Source: Anaerolineae bacterium (GTDB lineage: Bacteria > Chloroflexota > Anaerolineae > Aggregatilineales > Aggregatilineaceae). Taken from it: DNA of 64,000 bases. The stretch's first letter is position 1. Every line of letters starts with the position of its first letter. Location of the stretch: positions 3,313 to 67,312 of the forward strand of contig DAOUFU010000013.1 of assembly GCA_034429275.1 (NCBI GenBank). Reading direction: 5' to 3'. The position numbers and the translations under genes are program-made. The notes beneath the pieces were generated by a model. That model worked only from the letters and a program-made list of their open reading frames with translations, ran no database searches and was not told the DNA's origin. This document shows positions 1 through 10,464 of this stretch, piece by piece.

Positions 1-385
1 GAGCCAGCCGAGGGAACAAGTCATACACACGCTGGCGGTTGGCTTCGATGGCGGCGCGATCGCTGCCCAGCGAAAACGCGCCCATGTTCAGGTTTTCGTT
101 CACCGTCAGCGTAGGGAAAATCTGGCGACCTTCCGGGGCCTGAGTCATGCCCAGGTAGACGATCTGGTGAGCGGGCATCTGGTGAATGGGCGTGCCGTCG
201 AAGATGATCTCGCCCGAACGCGCGCGCAGCAGGCCGGAAATAGTGCGCAGCGTGGTCGTTTTGCCGGCCCCATTGGCCCCAATCAAGGTAACCACCTGGC
301 CCGCTTCCACCGAGAGCGAGATGCCCTTCAGCGCGCGAATGCTGCCGTAGTAAGTATTGACATTGCGAAGCTCAAGCAAAGGCAT
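1..385 (-). CDS. livF: Branched-chain amino acid ABC transporter ATP-binding protein (LivF-type); C-terminus cut by window edge
   Basis: Reverse translation from ATG (cat at 383-385) reads MPLLELRNVNTYYGSIRALKGISLSVEAGQVVTLIGANGAGKTTTLRTISG... with Walker A GANGAGKTT. It overlaps the livG stop by 14 nt and continues past position 1. Confidence 0.8.
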   Translation of the reverse strand, partial: MPLLELRNVNTYYGSIRALKGISLSVEAGQVVTLIGANGAGKTTTLRTISGLLRARSGEIIFDGTPIHQMPAHQIVYLGMTQAPEGRQIFPTLTVNENLNMGAFSLGSDRAAIEANRQRVYDLFPRLA

Positions 386-1286
386 GGCGATACCCTTCGT
401 CTTCGTCCTCGCCCAGATACGCCGTGATCACCTTGGGATTCTGCTGAATCTCGGCGGGTGTGCCCTCGGCGATCTTGCGCCCATCATCCAGTACGACGAT
501 GCGATCCGAGATGCTCATCACCACCTTCATATCGTGCTCGATGAGCAGGATCGTTACCCCTTTTTCGCGGATGCGGTTGATAGTCTGCATCAAGGCCAGC
601 CCTTCAGCCTCATTAAGGCCCGCCGCCGGTTCATCCAGAATCAGCAGTTTAGGATTGGTCGCAAGTGCCCGCGCGATCTCCAGGCGGCGCTGGTCGCCAT
701 AGGGCAGGTTGCGTGCCAGTTCGTTGGCAACACCTGCCAGCCCGATGAATTCCAGGTGCTGCATCGACTGGTCAATGATGTACTGCTCTTCGGCCCGCTC
801 AGAGGGCAGGCGCAGCAGGGCACTGAGCGCCCCGGCTTTGGTCCGGTGATGCTCGCCCGCCATGACGTTTTCGAGCACGGTCAGCCGGGGGAACAGCCGG
901 ATAGTCTGGAAAGTGCGCGCGATTCCACGCTCGACCACGTCGTGCGGGCGCAGCACCGGCACGATCCCCAGCAGCGGCAGTACCAGGCGCGGCACCTGGG
1001 GAACCAGGTTGCCCAGCCGGGTGAAGGTGGTGCGCAGCCAGCGCTGAGTCTTGCCGGGATAGGTCTGGACAATCACCTTGCCATCAAATTTCACCGTGCC
1101 CTCGGTAGCCGGGTAGATGCCGGTGATCACATTAAACACGGTGGTTTTGCCCGCGCCATTGGGGCCAATGATGCTCAGAATTTCGCCCTTCGAGACACTG
1201 AAATCCAGGCCGTCGATGGCGCGCAGCCCACCGAAATCTTTGCTGAGTGCGGTCACTTCGAGTAGGGTCATCTCTGGTGTCCTCAC
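372..1286 (-). CDS. livG: Branched-chain amino acid ABC transporter ATP-binding protein (LivG-type) with an internal insertion
   Basis: 304-aa ORF with Walker A GPNGAGKTT, Q-loop ARTFQ, signature-like LPYGDQRRLEIARAL, Walker B LLILDEPAAG and LIEHDM. Operon position is between the permeases and livF. Confidence 0.85.
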   Translation of the reverse strand: MRTPEMTLLEVTALSKDFGGLRAIDGLDFSVSKGEILSIIGPNGAGKTTVFNVITGIYPATEGTVKFDGKVIVQTYPGKTQRWLRTTFTRLGNLVPQVPRLVLPLLGIVPVLRPHDVVERGIARTFQTIRLFPRLTVLENVMAGEHHRTKAGALSALLRLPSERAEEQYIIDQSMQHLEFIGLAGVANELARNLPYGDQRRLEIARALATNPKLLILDEPAAGLNEAEGLALMQTINRIREKGVTILLIEHDMKVVMSISDRIVVLDDGRKIAEGTPAEIQQNPKVITAYLGEDEDEGYRHAFA

Positions 1287-3031
1287 GAGGTGGCCTGTGC
1301 CGCCACTGCCACCGGATCGGGTGCGTCGGCCAGCGCCGACACCACCACACCACGCCGCCGTTCCGGGATGATCCCTGCCGGGCGCAGCACCATCATGATC
1401 ACCATCGCTACACCCATCAGGCCATCACGCCAATCCATGATGCGGAAGGCTGTGATCTGCCGCTCCAGGTCCGGCCCCAGGGCGTTGCCAAACGCCAGCG
1501 CCACAACGATATAAGCCGCCACCGCGCCCAGCACCCAGGGACGCGCGTTCTCGGTGCGCCGTCGGGCCACTTTCGAGATGATGATAACCAGCAGGGCCAT
1601 CGCCAGGCCCAGGGCGCGCAGCGCAGGCTCGTTCAAGACCACAGCGGGCAGCAGGAAGGCGATCACCGCTGCCCCGCTTTCCACCAGGGCAGAGCGCAGG
1701 CGTTCGCGCGCGCTGAACAGGTACAGCCCCAGGATCGCAGCCAGGATCACAACCGGCGTCGTCCCCTTATACAGGAAGGTCGGCCCCACGTCGCGCAACA
1801 GCTCCGGCAGTGCGACCATCCCCAATGTGCCCACCAGGATGCCGGGGATCGAGCCGCTCCCACCCAGCACCACGATGCAAAACATGATCACTGACTGCAA
1901 GAAGTTGAAGCTCTCCGGGGCAACGACCGTGAAGCGGCTGGCATAGAGCACGCCTGCCACGCCCGCCCATGCCGATCCGATGGCAAACGCCATGAGCTTG
2001 ACCTGGGTTGTATCGATACCCATCGCTTCAGCGGCGAGCTGATCTTCGCGCACGTAGAGCCAGGCGCGCCCCAGCCGCGAGTCTTGCAGCCGCCGCATCC
2101 CCACAATGGTCAGCACGATGAAGGTCAGCACCAGGTAATAATAAGGTCGCGCGTCGCGGCGGAAGGCGACCGGCGTCCACTCGATGCCCAGGACCGTTGT
2201 CGAGTCCTGCACATTGAAGTATTCGTCCAGGCTGTAGTCGATCTCGGAGACGATCTGATCGGTGCGGGCCAGCATCAGCAGCGAGAAGACCGCCACCACC
2301 GCCACCATAGCAGCTGCCTGCCCCCACATCGAGGTGCGCTCGCGCAGCGAGGCCGCGACCACCAGCACTACCACTCCCATCGCCATCGAGACGATGAACA
2401 ACTGCCTGTGATCGAGCGCCTGCGGCAGGTAGTAGGCTGCCGCCAGCACAACCGCGCCCCCCCAACGGAGAATCGGGCCGCCCTTGCGCATGGTATAGAC
2501 ATACAGCGCCAGCAGAACCGCCAGCACGATCACCGGGACCGGCTGGGCCCAGGGCAGCGGAAGCTCCGGGCGACCCGCGCCAAACAGGCCGTTCGAGCCG
2601 CCGGTGATTCCAAAAATGTTGTTCGTCATGCTGATGCGGAAAATCTCGCCAAAGGCGATGGTGACAATACACAGGTAATCCCCGCGCAGGTGCAGCATGG
2701 GCCGGAAGACCACCACCGCCACGCCGCCCGCCACCAGTGCCGCGATGGGGATGGTCGCCAGCATGGTGATGTTGTGGTCGATGCTGAGGATGGCGGCAGT
2801 ATAAGCCCCCAGGCCGAAGAAAGCCGCGTGTCCAAGCTGGAACAGCCCGGCATAACCGACGATGATATTCAGGCTGAGGCCGAGCATCACATAGATGCCG
2901 GCGAACACCGCCAGCGAGGTCCGCGAGCGGTCCATAAACGAAAAATAGGGCAGCGCAATCGCCAGCAGCAGCAGGGCAGCCTGCCACATCCAGGGCGCGG
3001 GGCGTGGGAGTCGTTTGAGAGCCTGGTCCAT
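1283..3031 (-). CDS. livM: Branched-chain amino acid ABC transporter permease (LivM-type, long form)
   Basis: 582-aa polytopic hydrophobic ORF with 4-nt overlap to livG. Its start is adjacent to the livH stop. It has the typical LivM-like core (GYAGLFQLGHAAFFGLGAY...) plus extra membrane segments. Confidence 0.8.
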   Translation of the reverse strand: MDQALKRLPRPAPWMWQAALLLLAIALPYFSFMDRSRTSLAVFAGIYVMLGLSLNIIVGYAGLFQLGHAAFFGLGAYTAAILSIDHNITMLATIPIAALVAGGVAVVVFRPMLHLRGDYLCIVTIAFGEIFRISMTNNIFGITGGSNGLFGAGRPELPLPWAQPVPVIVLAVLLALYVYTMRKGGPILRWGGAVVLAAAYYLPQALDHRQLFIVSMAMGVVVLVVAASLRERTSMWGQAAAMVAVVAVFSLLMLARTDQIVSEIDYSLDEYFNVQDSTTVLGIEWTPVAFRRDARPYYYLVLTFIVLTIVGMRRLQDSRLGRAWLYVREDQLAAEAMGIDTTQVKLMAFAIGSAWAGVAGVLYASRFTVVAPESFNFLQSVIMFCIVVLGGSGSIPGILVGTLGMVALPELLRDVGPTFLYKGTTPVVILAAILGLYLFSARERLRSALVESGAAVIAFLLPAVVLNEPALRALGLAMALLVIIISKVARRRTENARPWVLGAVAAYIVVALAFGNALGPDLERQITAFRIMDWRDGLMGVAMVIMMVLRPAGIIPERRRGVVVSALADAPDPVAVAAQATS

Positions 3032-3032
3032 A

Positions 3033-3965
3033 TCACACCTTCTCCGCGACAGTCTCGCCCAGAATCCCGGTCGGGCGAGCGATCAGGATGGTGATCAGCA
3101 GGACATACGCGATCGCATCCTTCCAGGCAGAGGCATCCGCCAGCCCCAAATTCGGCCCATAGGCGACTACCATAGTCTCAGCAATGCCCAGGATGAATCC
3201 CCCCAACACCGCGCCGGGGATGTTGCCGATGCCCCCCAGAATGGCGGCGATGAAGGCTTTGAGGCCAAAGACCCATCCCAGGGTGAAGTTGAACGACCCA
3301 TAATAGATGCCGATCAACACCCCGGCCAGCCCACCCAACGCCGGGCCAATGAAGAACACCAGCGAGATGATCCGGTCCACGTTGATGCCCATCAGGCGGG
3401 AAACGTTGTGATCGAGCGAGACAGCGCGCATGGCCGTGCCGATGCGCGTGCGCTGTACGAACAGGTACAGCCCGGTCATCACCGCGCCGCAGACCAGCAG
3501 CATCAACACCTGCAAGCCAGAGACCGACACGCGGTCGGTCAGTTGCAGCGCGGGCAGGTCGGAAAGCAGCCCTTGTGGATAGGTGCGCCAGCGCGCATTG
3601 GACAGGTTGCGGGCGATGGCTTGCAGGGTGAAGGCCGCGCCCAGGGCCGAGATGATGGGCGAGAGGCGGCCCGCCGAACGTAACGGACGATAGGCCACGC
3701 GCTCCACCGTCATGCCCATCAGGCCGATAAAGACCATGACCAGCACAGAGGCGACCAGGATCGCCACCAGGTCCATATCCGTCAGCCCGGCCAGGACCGA
3801 GGTGAGCAGCCCCCAGCCGGCCAATGTTCCCCACATGAACATATCGCCATGCGCGAAATTGATCAGCTTGAGCACGCCGTACACCATCGTATAGCCGAGC
3901 GCGACCACCGCATAGAAGCCGCCAATGGTCAATCCATTGATGAGTTGCTGTAAGAATGTTTCCAT
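3033..3965 (-). CDS. livH: Branched-chain amino acid ABC transporter permease (LivH-type)
   Basis: Polytopic ORF. I prefer the internal ATG at 3965 (METFLQQLINGLTIGGFYAVVALGYTMVYG...), which matches the canonical LivH N-terminus. The ORF track extends to 4010. Confidence 0.8.
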   Translation of the reverse strand: METFLQQLINGLTIGGFYAVVALGYTMVYGVLKLINFAHGDMFMWGTLAGWGLLTSVLAGLTDMDLVAILVASVLVMVFIGLMGMTVERVAYRPLRSAGRLSPIISALGAAFTLQAIARNLSNARWRTYPQGLLSDLPALQLTDRVSVSGLQVLMLLVCGAVMTGLYLFVQRTRIGTAMRAVSLDHNVSRLMGINVDRIISLVFFIGPALGGLAGVLIGIYYGSFNFTLGWVFGLKAFIAAILGGIGNIPGAVLGGFILGIAETMVVAYGPNLGLADASAWKDAIAYVLLITILIARPTGILGETVAEKV

Positions 3966-4046
3966 GAGTGCGCGTCTTTCCAAAGCAGGGAGTCGATGAG
4001 GGAGCGGCATTTCACCGCCCCCTCACTGGCTGGCTGTAAGTGAATT

Positions 4047-5210
4047 TTATTCGGCGCTTTCGGGCTGCGGCTGTTCAGGATAGTACGCGATCTCACCCTC
4101 GGCGTTGATCTGGTACAGGGCGTGAATGGTGCCCAGGCGGTCACCCTTCTCGTCGAAGCCCAGGATCGGGCCGCTCAGCCCCGGATAGTCCTTGAAGTCC
4201 TCGTGCAGATAGGCGGCCAGCTCTTCAGGATCGGTGCTCTCGGTCTCGGTGATGGCGTGCGCAATCACGTTGAAAGCTTCGGCGGCCAACATCCACCAGA
4301 CGCTGCTGGGCGGCTCGCCATAAGCCTCTTCAAAATCCTTGACGAACTGGATCGCTTCGGGATATTCCAGGTCCTTGGGCAGCGGCTCAGTGGTGATGTA
4401 AGTCCCAGCCGCAGCATCAACGCCCGCGATCTCGACCATTTCGGGGTTGTTGCTGGCATTGCCCATCATCCACTGGATATTCAGGCCAAGCTCGGCAGAC
4501 TGGCGCAGCAGCAAGCCGCCTTGGGCATGGTAGCCGGTGAAATAGACGACATCCAGGCCCGCGTTGCCGATATTGGTCAGAATGGGGCTGAAGTCCTGGT
4601 CATCCGGGTTGATGGCGTCGAAGAATGCCACTTCCAGCCCGGCTTCCTCAGCGTAGATTTTGGTCCAGTCGGCCAGGCCCTTGGCATAGGTCGAGTTATC
4701 GTGCAGAATGCCAATTTTCTTTGCGCCGAGCACCTGGTCCATCGCCATAACGGCAAACAGGGCCTGGCGATCATCGAGGAAGCACACGCGGAAAAACTGG
4801 GTGAATCCCTTTTGGGTCAGGCGCGTAGCGGTCGAAGAAGGCGTGATGTGCAGGATGCCTTCCTCAGCATAGATTTCAGAGGCCGGTTCGGTGGCGGTCG
4901 AGTTATACGCACCGATTACCGCGATCACGCCCGCATCCACCAGGCGGTCAGCTACCAGCGCGGACTGGGTGGGATCGCCCGCGTCATCTTCGATCACCAG
5001 CTCCACCGGACGTCCCAGCAGGCCGCCCGCTTCGTTCACCTGGTCCACCAGCAGTTGGACTGCTTTGACGAACCCCTGACCTTCATAGGCATAATCGCCG
5101 GTCATGGGACCTTGCAAGCCGATCTTGATCGGCTCACCTTCCTGGGCATTGACCAGCGGCCCCAATGCCATTGTCGCCAAAACCACAAGCACCAAAAGAC
5201 GTTTTATCAT
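4047..5210 (-). CDS. Periplasmic/extracytoplasmic branched-chain amino acid-binding protein (LivJ/LivK family, type I PBP)
   Basis: 387-aa ORF with an N-terminal signal peptide (MIKRLLVLVVLATMALGPLVNAQ) followed by IKIGLQGPMTGDYAYEGQG..., typical of Leu/Ile/Val-binding proteins. It is the first gene of the liv operon. Confidence 0.8.
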   Translation of the reverse strand: MIKRLLVLVVLATMALGPLVNAQEGEPIKIGLQGPMTGDYAYEGQGFVKAVQLLVDQVNEAGGLLGRPVELVIEDDAGDPTQSALVADRLVDAGVIAVIGAYNSTATEPASEIYAEEGILHITPSSTATRLTQKGFTQFFRVCFLDDRQALFAVMAMDQVLGAKKIGILHDNSTYAKGLADWTKIYAEEAGLEVAFFDAINPDDQDFSPILTNIGNAGLDVVYFTGYHAQGGLLLRQSAELGLNIQWMMGNASNNPEMVEIAGVDAAAGTYITTEPLPKDLEYPEAIQFVKDFEEAYGEPPSSVWWMLAAEAFNVIAHAITETESTDPEELAAYLHEDFKDYPGLSGPILGFDEKGDRLGTIHALYQINAEGEIAYYPEQPQPESAE

Positions 5211-5684
5211 CTCTGCCTCCCAGGATGAAAAACCAAAGGTACATGAACAATCACACGGCTGGCCTGGCAGTGTCGATCGCCCTGACCTGCTCGATCAACG
5301 CCCTCTTGAATACAAGCGGCCACTGGACGCCTGAAGTATTGACGGTCTCGGCTGAGCTGTCCTGGGCAATGAGCACAAACATCAACACCGCCTGATCGGA
5401 TCTATTAAATGATCAATCGCGTTGTTTGGCCTCCTTTCTTGGGTGGATGTCGGTCTTTGCCTTCTACCGCAGAAAGCCTCCCAACAGCAGTGGAGGAAAG
5501 AAGATTGGGAAGTCAGTAAGTTTTTTCGGTCATCAGCCGGACTGGCAATTACGATTAATTTACCGGATACGAACAAACACGTCAAACGGATTAACGACAG
5601 CGAGTCAACACCTTACCCGCTCGTGGCGCAGGCTAACGCACTGCATGCCCGGTGAAAAATCCCGGCTGCCACACTTTGAAAACG

Positions 5685-5733
5685 TTAAAGATCATTAAAC
5701 AAAGCATACTCGGACTTTAAACATTACTTACTA
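5685..5733 (+). promoter_or_regulatory. Candidate Pho-box-like array of phased direct repeats upstream of pstS
   Basis: TTAAAG (5685), TTAAAC (5695), TTAAAC (5717) and TTACTA (5728) recur at roughly 10-11 bp or 22 bp phasing in an AT-richer tract about 90-130 nt upstream of the pstS start. PhoB/PhoP-type boxes are phased direct repeats. Confidence 0.3.
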
Positions 5734-5818
5734 CCATCTTTATCTGTGCTGTCTACCATGTGCATCGTGTTTGAGGCAATGATGCCCATCCGTTGTGGAA
5801 CCTGATGAGGAGAACTCG

Positions 5819-6904
5819 ATGCAACACACCCGTTGGATGAAACTGTTGGCCCTGGCTCTTGTGCTGACGCTGGTCATTCCCCTCTCTGCTGTGCTGGCGC
5901 AGGGCGAAGAACCGATTGTCCTGCCCGAAGTTGACCCGCTGAGTGTGACCGGCGACATTGCCATCGCCGGCAGCTCGACCGTCGAGCCGATTACGGTTGC
6001 GATGGTGGCGCGCTTCAATGACGATGGCTTCTTTGGCAACATTACCGTGGCCGAAACCGGCACAGGCGCGGGGTTCGAGCGTTTCTGCAAAGAAGGATCG
6101 ATCGACATCGCCAATGCCAGCCGCCCGGTAAAAGACTCTGAGATCGAGAACTGCGCCGCCATTGGTCGCACCAACGTGCTGGAATTCCGTGTCGGCACAG
6201 ATGCCCTCACCATCGTGGTCAACAAGAACAACGACTTTGTGACCCAACTGAAGCGCAGTGAAGTCATCAAGATCTTCACCGGCGAAGTCACGAAGTGGAA
6301 CGAGATCAATCCCGACTGGCCCGCCGAGACAATCCAGCTCTTCACCCCCGGCACCGACAGCGGCACCTTCACCTTCTTTGGCGAAGCTGTGCTGGGTACC
6401 AAGGGAATCTATAAAGAAGAGCAGGCCCGCACCGAAGCGCTGCTGGCCGCCAACCCCACCGTTAGCGAGAATGACAACACCCTGGTGGAAGGCGTAATGG
6501 GCAGCCCTTATGCAATCGGGTACTTCGGCTTCGCCTACTACGTCGAGAACCGCGACAACCTCACCGCCATCGCGATTGCCGACGACGTGACCTACGATGA
6601 CGCCGATAATATCGTCGCCGTGCCCGAAGAAGAATGGGCCAATGCCGAGAAGCCGATCGAATACATTGAGCCTAACGAAGAAACCGCCGAATCAGGAACC
6701 TATATGCTGAGCCGCCCGCTGTTCATCTACAGCGACGCCAGTATCCTCAACGAGAAACCCCAGGTCGCTGCCTTCATCAACTACTACCTGATGAATGCCA
6801 ACGAAGTCGTGACCGAGGTGGGCTACTTCCCCGTCAGCGTTGAGGCCCTGAATGCGGCCAAGCAGGCCTGGCTCGACGCGATGGGCGTCGAAGCCGCCCA
6901 GTAA
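5819..6904 (+). CDS. pstS: Phosphate ABC transporter substrate-binding protein PstS
   Basis: The ATG at 5819 is preceded by GAGGAG (5807-5812). Signal peptide is MKLLALALVLTLVIPLSAVLAQG. PstS-like motifs are AGSSTVEPI, TGAGFERF and ANASRP. It is followed by pstCAB. Confidence 0.85.
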   Translation: MQHTRWMKLLALALVLTLVIPLSAVLAQGEEPIVLPEVDPLSVTGDIAIAGSSTVEPITVAMVARFNDDGFFGNITVAETGTGAGFERFCKEGSIDIANASRPVKDSEIENCAAIGRTNVLEFRVGTDALTIVVNKNNDFVTQLKRSEVIKIFTGEVTKWNEINPDWPAETIQLFTPGTDSGTFTFFGEAVLGTKGIYKEEQARTEALLAANPTVSENDNTLVEGVMGSPYAIGYFGFAYYVENRDNLTAIAIADDVTYDDADNIVAVPEEEWANAEKPIEYIEPNEETAESGTYMLSRPLFIYSDASILNEKPQVAAFINYYLMNANEVVTEVGYFPVSVEALNAAKQAWLDAMGVEAAQ

Positions 6905-6940
6905 ATCGACCGCGCACGCACGGCAGCGCGCATCTGGACA

Positions 6941-6965
6941 AGGGGAGGAAATTGTTTCCTCCCCT
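6941..6965 (+). terminator. Strong intra-operon hairpin between pstS and pstC (possible partial terminator or stabiliser)
   Basis: AGGGGAGGAAA-ttg-TTTCCTCCCCT forms a perfect 11-bp stem 37 nt after the pstS stop. There is no long U-tract, so it is more likely an attenuating or processing hairpin than a full terminator. Confidence 0.4.
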
Positions 6966-6996
6966 CTTGTGGTGAACATAGCCTGAGGACAGGATT

Positions 6997-7989
6997 ATGG
7001 ACAACCCGGCCATCATGATTCAACAGAAAAGCCAGCCTTTGGTGAGCAGTCTGGAAGAACAGCCACTGCTGCGCAAGCAGTTCCGGCGTGGGGAAGCGGC
7101 TATCCAGGGGTTTTTGTTTTTATGCGGGTTCCTCACCATCTTCACAACGATTGCCATCGTGGTGATCCTGGGGCGCGAATCTCTGCTTCTGGTCACGTCG
7201 GAATATGTCGATGCCAGCGGGGCCATTCACCGGATCACGCCGCTCGACTTTGTGAACACACTGAACTGGCAGCCGCACCGCTTCGAAGTCGGCATCGCCC
7301 CACTGGTCACGGCCACCGTGATGAGTTCGGTGATCGCCATGCTGGTCGCCATTCCGCTGGGCCTGGGATCAGCTATCTACCTCAGCGAATATGCGTCGCC
7401 GCGCGTGCGGAATACGCTCAAGCCGGTGCTCGAAGTGCTGGCTGGGGTGCCGACCGTGGTTTACGGCTTTTTCGCCCTGCAGTTCATGACCCCGCTGCTC
7501 AAAGACCTGTTTGGGCAGGGCACAGTCGAGACCTTCAACCTCGCCTCCGCCGGCATGGTGATGGGGATCATGATCCTGCCGCTGGTGGCGTCGATGAGCG
7601 AGGATGCGCTGAGCGCGGTGCCCCGCTCGCTGCGCGAAGCTTCGTATGGGCTGGGATCAACCAAGTTCGAAACGACGATCCGCGTTGTCCTGCCCGCTGC
7701 CGTATCGGGCATCATCGCCGCGTTCATCATCGCCATCTCGCGCGCCATCGGTGAAACGATGATCATGGCGATTGCGGCGGGAGCGCGCCCCAATCTGTCG
7801 CTCAATCCTTTCGAGTCTGCCTGGACCATGACGGGCTACATCGCCAGCATCAGCGGTGGCGACCTGGCCTACGACACATTGGACTACAACAGCGTATTTG
7901 TGGTGGGTCTGCTGCTGTTCGTCATGACCTTTGGCCTCAACCTGCTCAGCCGCGCCGTTGTCGCCCACTTCCGCGAGGTGTACGACTGA
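6997..7989 (+). CDS. pstC: Phosphate ABC transporter permease PstC
   Basis: 330-aa polytopic ORF with the EAA-like loop ([23 protein letters not shown]) typical of PstC. Position is between pstS and pstA. Confidence 0.85.
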   Translation: MDNPAIMIQQKSQPLVSSLEEQPLLRKQFRRGEAAIQGFLFLCGFLTIFTTIAIVVILGRESLLLVTSEYVDASGAIHRITPLDFVNTLNWQPHRFEVGIAPLVTATVMSSVIAMLVAIPLGLGSAIYLSEYASPRVRNTLKPVLEVLAGVPTVVYGFFALQFMTPLLKDLFGQGTVETFNLASAGMVMGIMILPLVASMSEDALSAVPRSLREASYGLGSTKFETTIRVVLPAAVSGIIAAFIIAISRAIGETMIMAIAAGARPNLSLNPFESAWTMTGYIASISGGDLAYDTLDYNSVFVVGLLLFVMTFGLNLLSRAVVAHFREVYD

Positions 7990-7990
7990 G

Positions 7991-9655
7991 ATGGCCAGCA
8001 GCGTTGCCTTGTTCACTGTTCTACTGTTCAGCCTGCTGCTGGGCGTCAACGGCAGCATGACTTCCTCATCCATCGCCGCCCGCCGTGGATACAGCCCCAA
8101 ACTGGGGATGATCGCGGGGGGCATCGTCGGTTTTGCCAGCACCTGGCTGGCCGCCGTGCTGCTCTGGGTCGTGGCAAGCGATGCCATCGGGGCAGTGGGT
8201 GGGTTTGTGGGCGGCCTGGTTGGGCTGGTCACCCTGTGGAACCTGACCCCGGATCGCAGCGCCCAGCAGGATGGACTGCCCGAAGGCGAGAACCTGCGCC
8301 GCAATGTGACGGCGCGCCACCTGCGGGGCAAGTTGATGCGGGCGTTGTTCCTGGCTGCCGTTGCTTTCGCGCTGCTCTCGCTGGCCACGCTGATCGCAAC
8401 CGTGCTTGACAAGAGCGTCGGTTACACCGCAGTCCAGTATGCGGTCGAACCGGAAGATCTGCTCGTGAACGGGCAGCCAACCGGGCGTGGCCTGGAACAC
8501 CTCTCCGAAGATGAGCTGGCCCTGGTCCTGGCCGAAGGCGTGCGCGTGGCCCGGCTGCGCGTGGCCGTCTTGGAGCAGGTACGCGGAGCCAGCCAGGATC
8601 AGTTCGCCGACCTCAGCCAGCAGCCACTCCGGCTTCTGCTGAGCGGCCACAATTATCCCGCCGAACTGGCCGACCTTCCGTTCAACCAGGTTGATGCTTC
8701 ACAGGCAGCAGAAATTCTGAAAGCGAACCTATCAAAAGAAGATCTGCGGCAGATTGTACTGGACGAGATCATCCAGCCGCAGATCGTCAAGGGGTGGCCC
8801 CTGTGGGAATCGCTGACCAACAAGGGCGACATCAAGGCCACGATGGCGGAAAAGTATCCGCAGGCCCGCCTGGAATGGCATTCGTGGCTGAACTGGGACT
8901 TCATCAGCAGTCCGCTCGATCCACGCCGCCCTGATGCGACAGGGTTGCGCCCGGCACTGTATGGATCGGTGATGATCATCTTGATCACCATCGTTGTCGC
9001 CTTCCCGATCGGGGTCGGCGCAGCCATTTACCTGGAAGAATACGCCAGTAAAAACCGGCTGAACGACCTGATCCAGACTAATATCAGCAACCTGGCCGGC
9101 GTGCCCTCGATCATCTACGGGATGCTGGGGCTGGGGATATTTGTTCGCGCGTTGAGCCACCTGACGAGCGGCAACGTCTTTGGGACGACTACCGCCAATG
9201 GCCGGACTGTAGTATCAGCCGGGTTCACACTGGCCCTTCTGATCCTGCCGTTGATCATCATCAACGCGCAGGAAGCGATCCGTGCTGTGCCCAATTCGCT
9301 GCGCCAGGCCAGCTATGGGCTGGGCGCTACCAAATGGCAGACGATCTGGAACCACGTGTTGCCCTATTCCATGCCCGGCATTCTGACCGGGACGATCCTG
9401 GCGATCTCGCGCGCCATCGGCGAAACTGCTCCGCTGATCCTGGTTGGAGCCGCCACCTATCTAACTCAAGACCCCAAGGGACCATTCTCCAGTTTCACCG
9501 CGCTGCCGATGATCATTTATCGCTGGACGACCCTTCCCCAGGCCGAATTCCGCAACGCCGCCGCTGCCGCCATCATCGTGCTGCTGGTGATGCTGCTCAG
9601 CCTGAACTCAATCGCGATCATTCTGCGCAACCGCTTCAGCAGGAGACTCTCATGA
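7991..9655 (+). CDS. pstA: Phosphate ABC transporter permease PstA, long form with an approx. 270-aa N-terminal extension
   Basis: The ATG at 7991 lies immediately after the pstC stop (TGAG-ATG). The C-terminal half has the PstA core ([30 protein letters not shown]). The N-terminal half has extra TM helices plus a soluble segment. Confidence 0.8.
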   Translation: MASSVALFTVLLFSLLLGVNGSMTSSSIAARRGYSPKLGMIAGGIVGFASTWLAAVLLWVVASDAIGAVGGFVGGLVGLVTLWNLTPDRSAQQDGLPEGENLRRNVTARHLRGKLMRALFLAAVAFALLSLATLIATVLDKSVGYTAVQYAVEPEDLLVNGQPTGRGLEHLSEDELALVLAEGVRVARLRVAVLEQVRGASQDQFADLSQQPLRLLLSGHNYPAELADLPFNQVDASQAAEILKANLSKEDLRQIVLDEIIQPQIVKGWPLWESLTNKGDIKATMAEKYPQARLEWHSWLNWDFISSPLDPRRPDATGLRPALYGSVMIILITIVVAFPIGVGAAIYLEEYASKNRLNDLIQTNISNLAGVPSIIYGMLGLGIFVRALSHLTSGNVFGTTTANGRTVVSAGFTLALLILPLIIINAQEAIRAVPNSLRQASYGLGATKWQTIWNHVLPYSMPGILTGTILAISRAIGETAPLILVGAATYLTQDPKGPFSSFTALPMIIYRWTTLPQAEFRNAAAAAIIVLLVMLLSLNSIAIILRNRFSRRLS

Positions 9656-10440
9656 CCGTCAGCACCACCAGCAAGTATGCTATCGAAATCGAGGACCTCA
9701 ACATCTATTACGGCGATTTTCTGGCGGTGAGCGGGGTTAACCTGAAGATTGAGCCGAACAAGATCACCGCGCTGATCGGGCCATCGGGCTGCGGCAAAAG
9801 CACCCTGCTGCGCTCGATCAACCGCATGAACGACCTGATCCCCGGCACACGCACCGAGGGCAGTGTCTGGTTCCGGGGCATCAATTTGTACGATCCCCAA
9901 GTGGACGCCGTTGAGGTACGCCGCCGGATTGGGATGGTGTTCCAGAAGCCGAACCCCTTCCCAAAGTCGATTTTCGACAACATCGCCTATGGCCCACGCA
10001 TCCTGGGGCTGAAAGACAAAGCCGTGCTGGCCGACATCGTCGAGCGCAGCCTGCGGCAGGCCGCGCTGTGGGATGAAGTGAAGGATAATCTGAAAAAGTC
10101 GGGGTTGGCCCTTTCCGGTGGGCAGCAGCAGCGCCTGTGCATCGCCCGCGCGCTGGCCGTCGAACCGGAAATGATCCTGATGGACGAGCCATGCTCGGCT
10201 CTTGACCCCATCGCCACGCTGCGCATCGAGGAATTGATGCGTGAGTTGAAGAGCAGCTACACGATCGTCATCGTCACGCACAACATGCAGCAAGCGGCGC
10301 GTGTCTCTGAATACACCGCGTTCATGCTCTCGAACGAAAAGCGCGCGGGTGAGCTGATCGAATATGATCGCACCGAGACCATCTTCAAGAAGCCCAGCGA
10401 TCCGCGCACCGAAGATTACATCACCGGGCGATTTGGATAG
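9652..10440 (+). CDS. pstB: Phosphate ABC transporter ATP-binding protein PstB
   Basis: The ATG at 9652 overlaps the pstA stop (ATGA). Motifs are Walker [10 protein letters not shown], signature [14 protein letters not shown], Walker [12 protein letters not shown] and H-loop VTHNMQQA. Confidence 0.9.
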   Translation: MTVSTTSKYAIEIEDLNIYYGDFLAVSGVNLKIEPNKITALIGPSGCGKSTLLRSINRMNDLIPGTRTEGSVWFRGINLYDPQVDAVEVRRRIGMVFQKPNPFPKSIFDNIAYGPRILGLKDKAVLADIVERSLRQAALWDEVKDNLKKSGLALSGGQQQRLCIARALAVEPEMILMDEPCSALDPIATLRIEELMRELKSSYTIVIVTHNMQQAARVSEYTAFMLSNEKRAGELIEYDRTETIFKKPSDPRTEDYITGRFG

Positions 10441-10464
10441 ACCGCGAGAACCGGCTGACACGCC

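Noticed and set aside
5426-5698. 90-aa and 77-aa ORFs in the liv/pst spacer
   Set aside because: They have no RBS, atypical low-GC codon usage relative to neighbouring genes, and overlapping alternative frames. The region is treated as non-coding.
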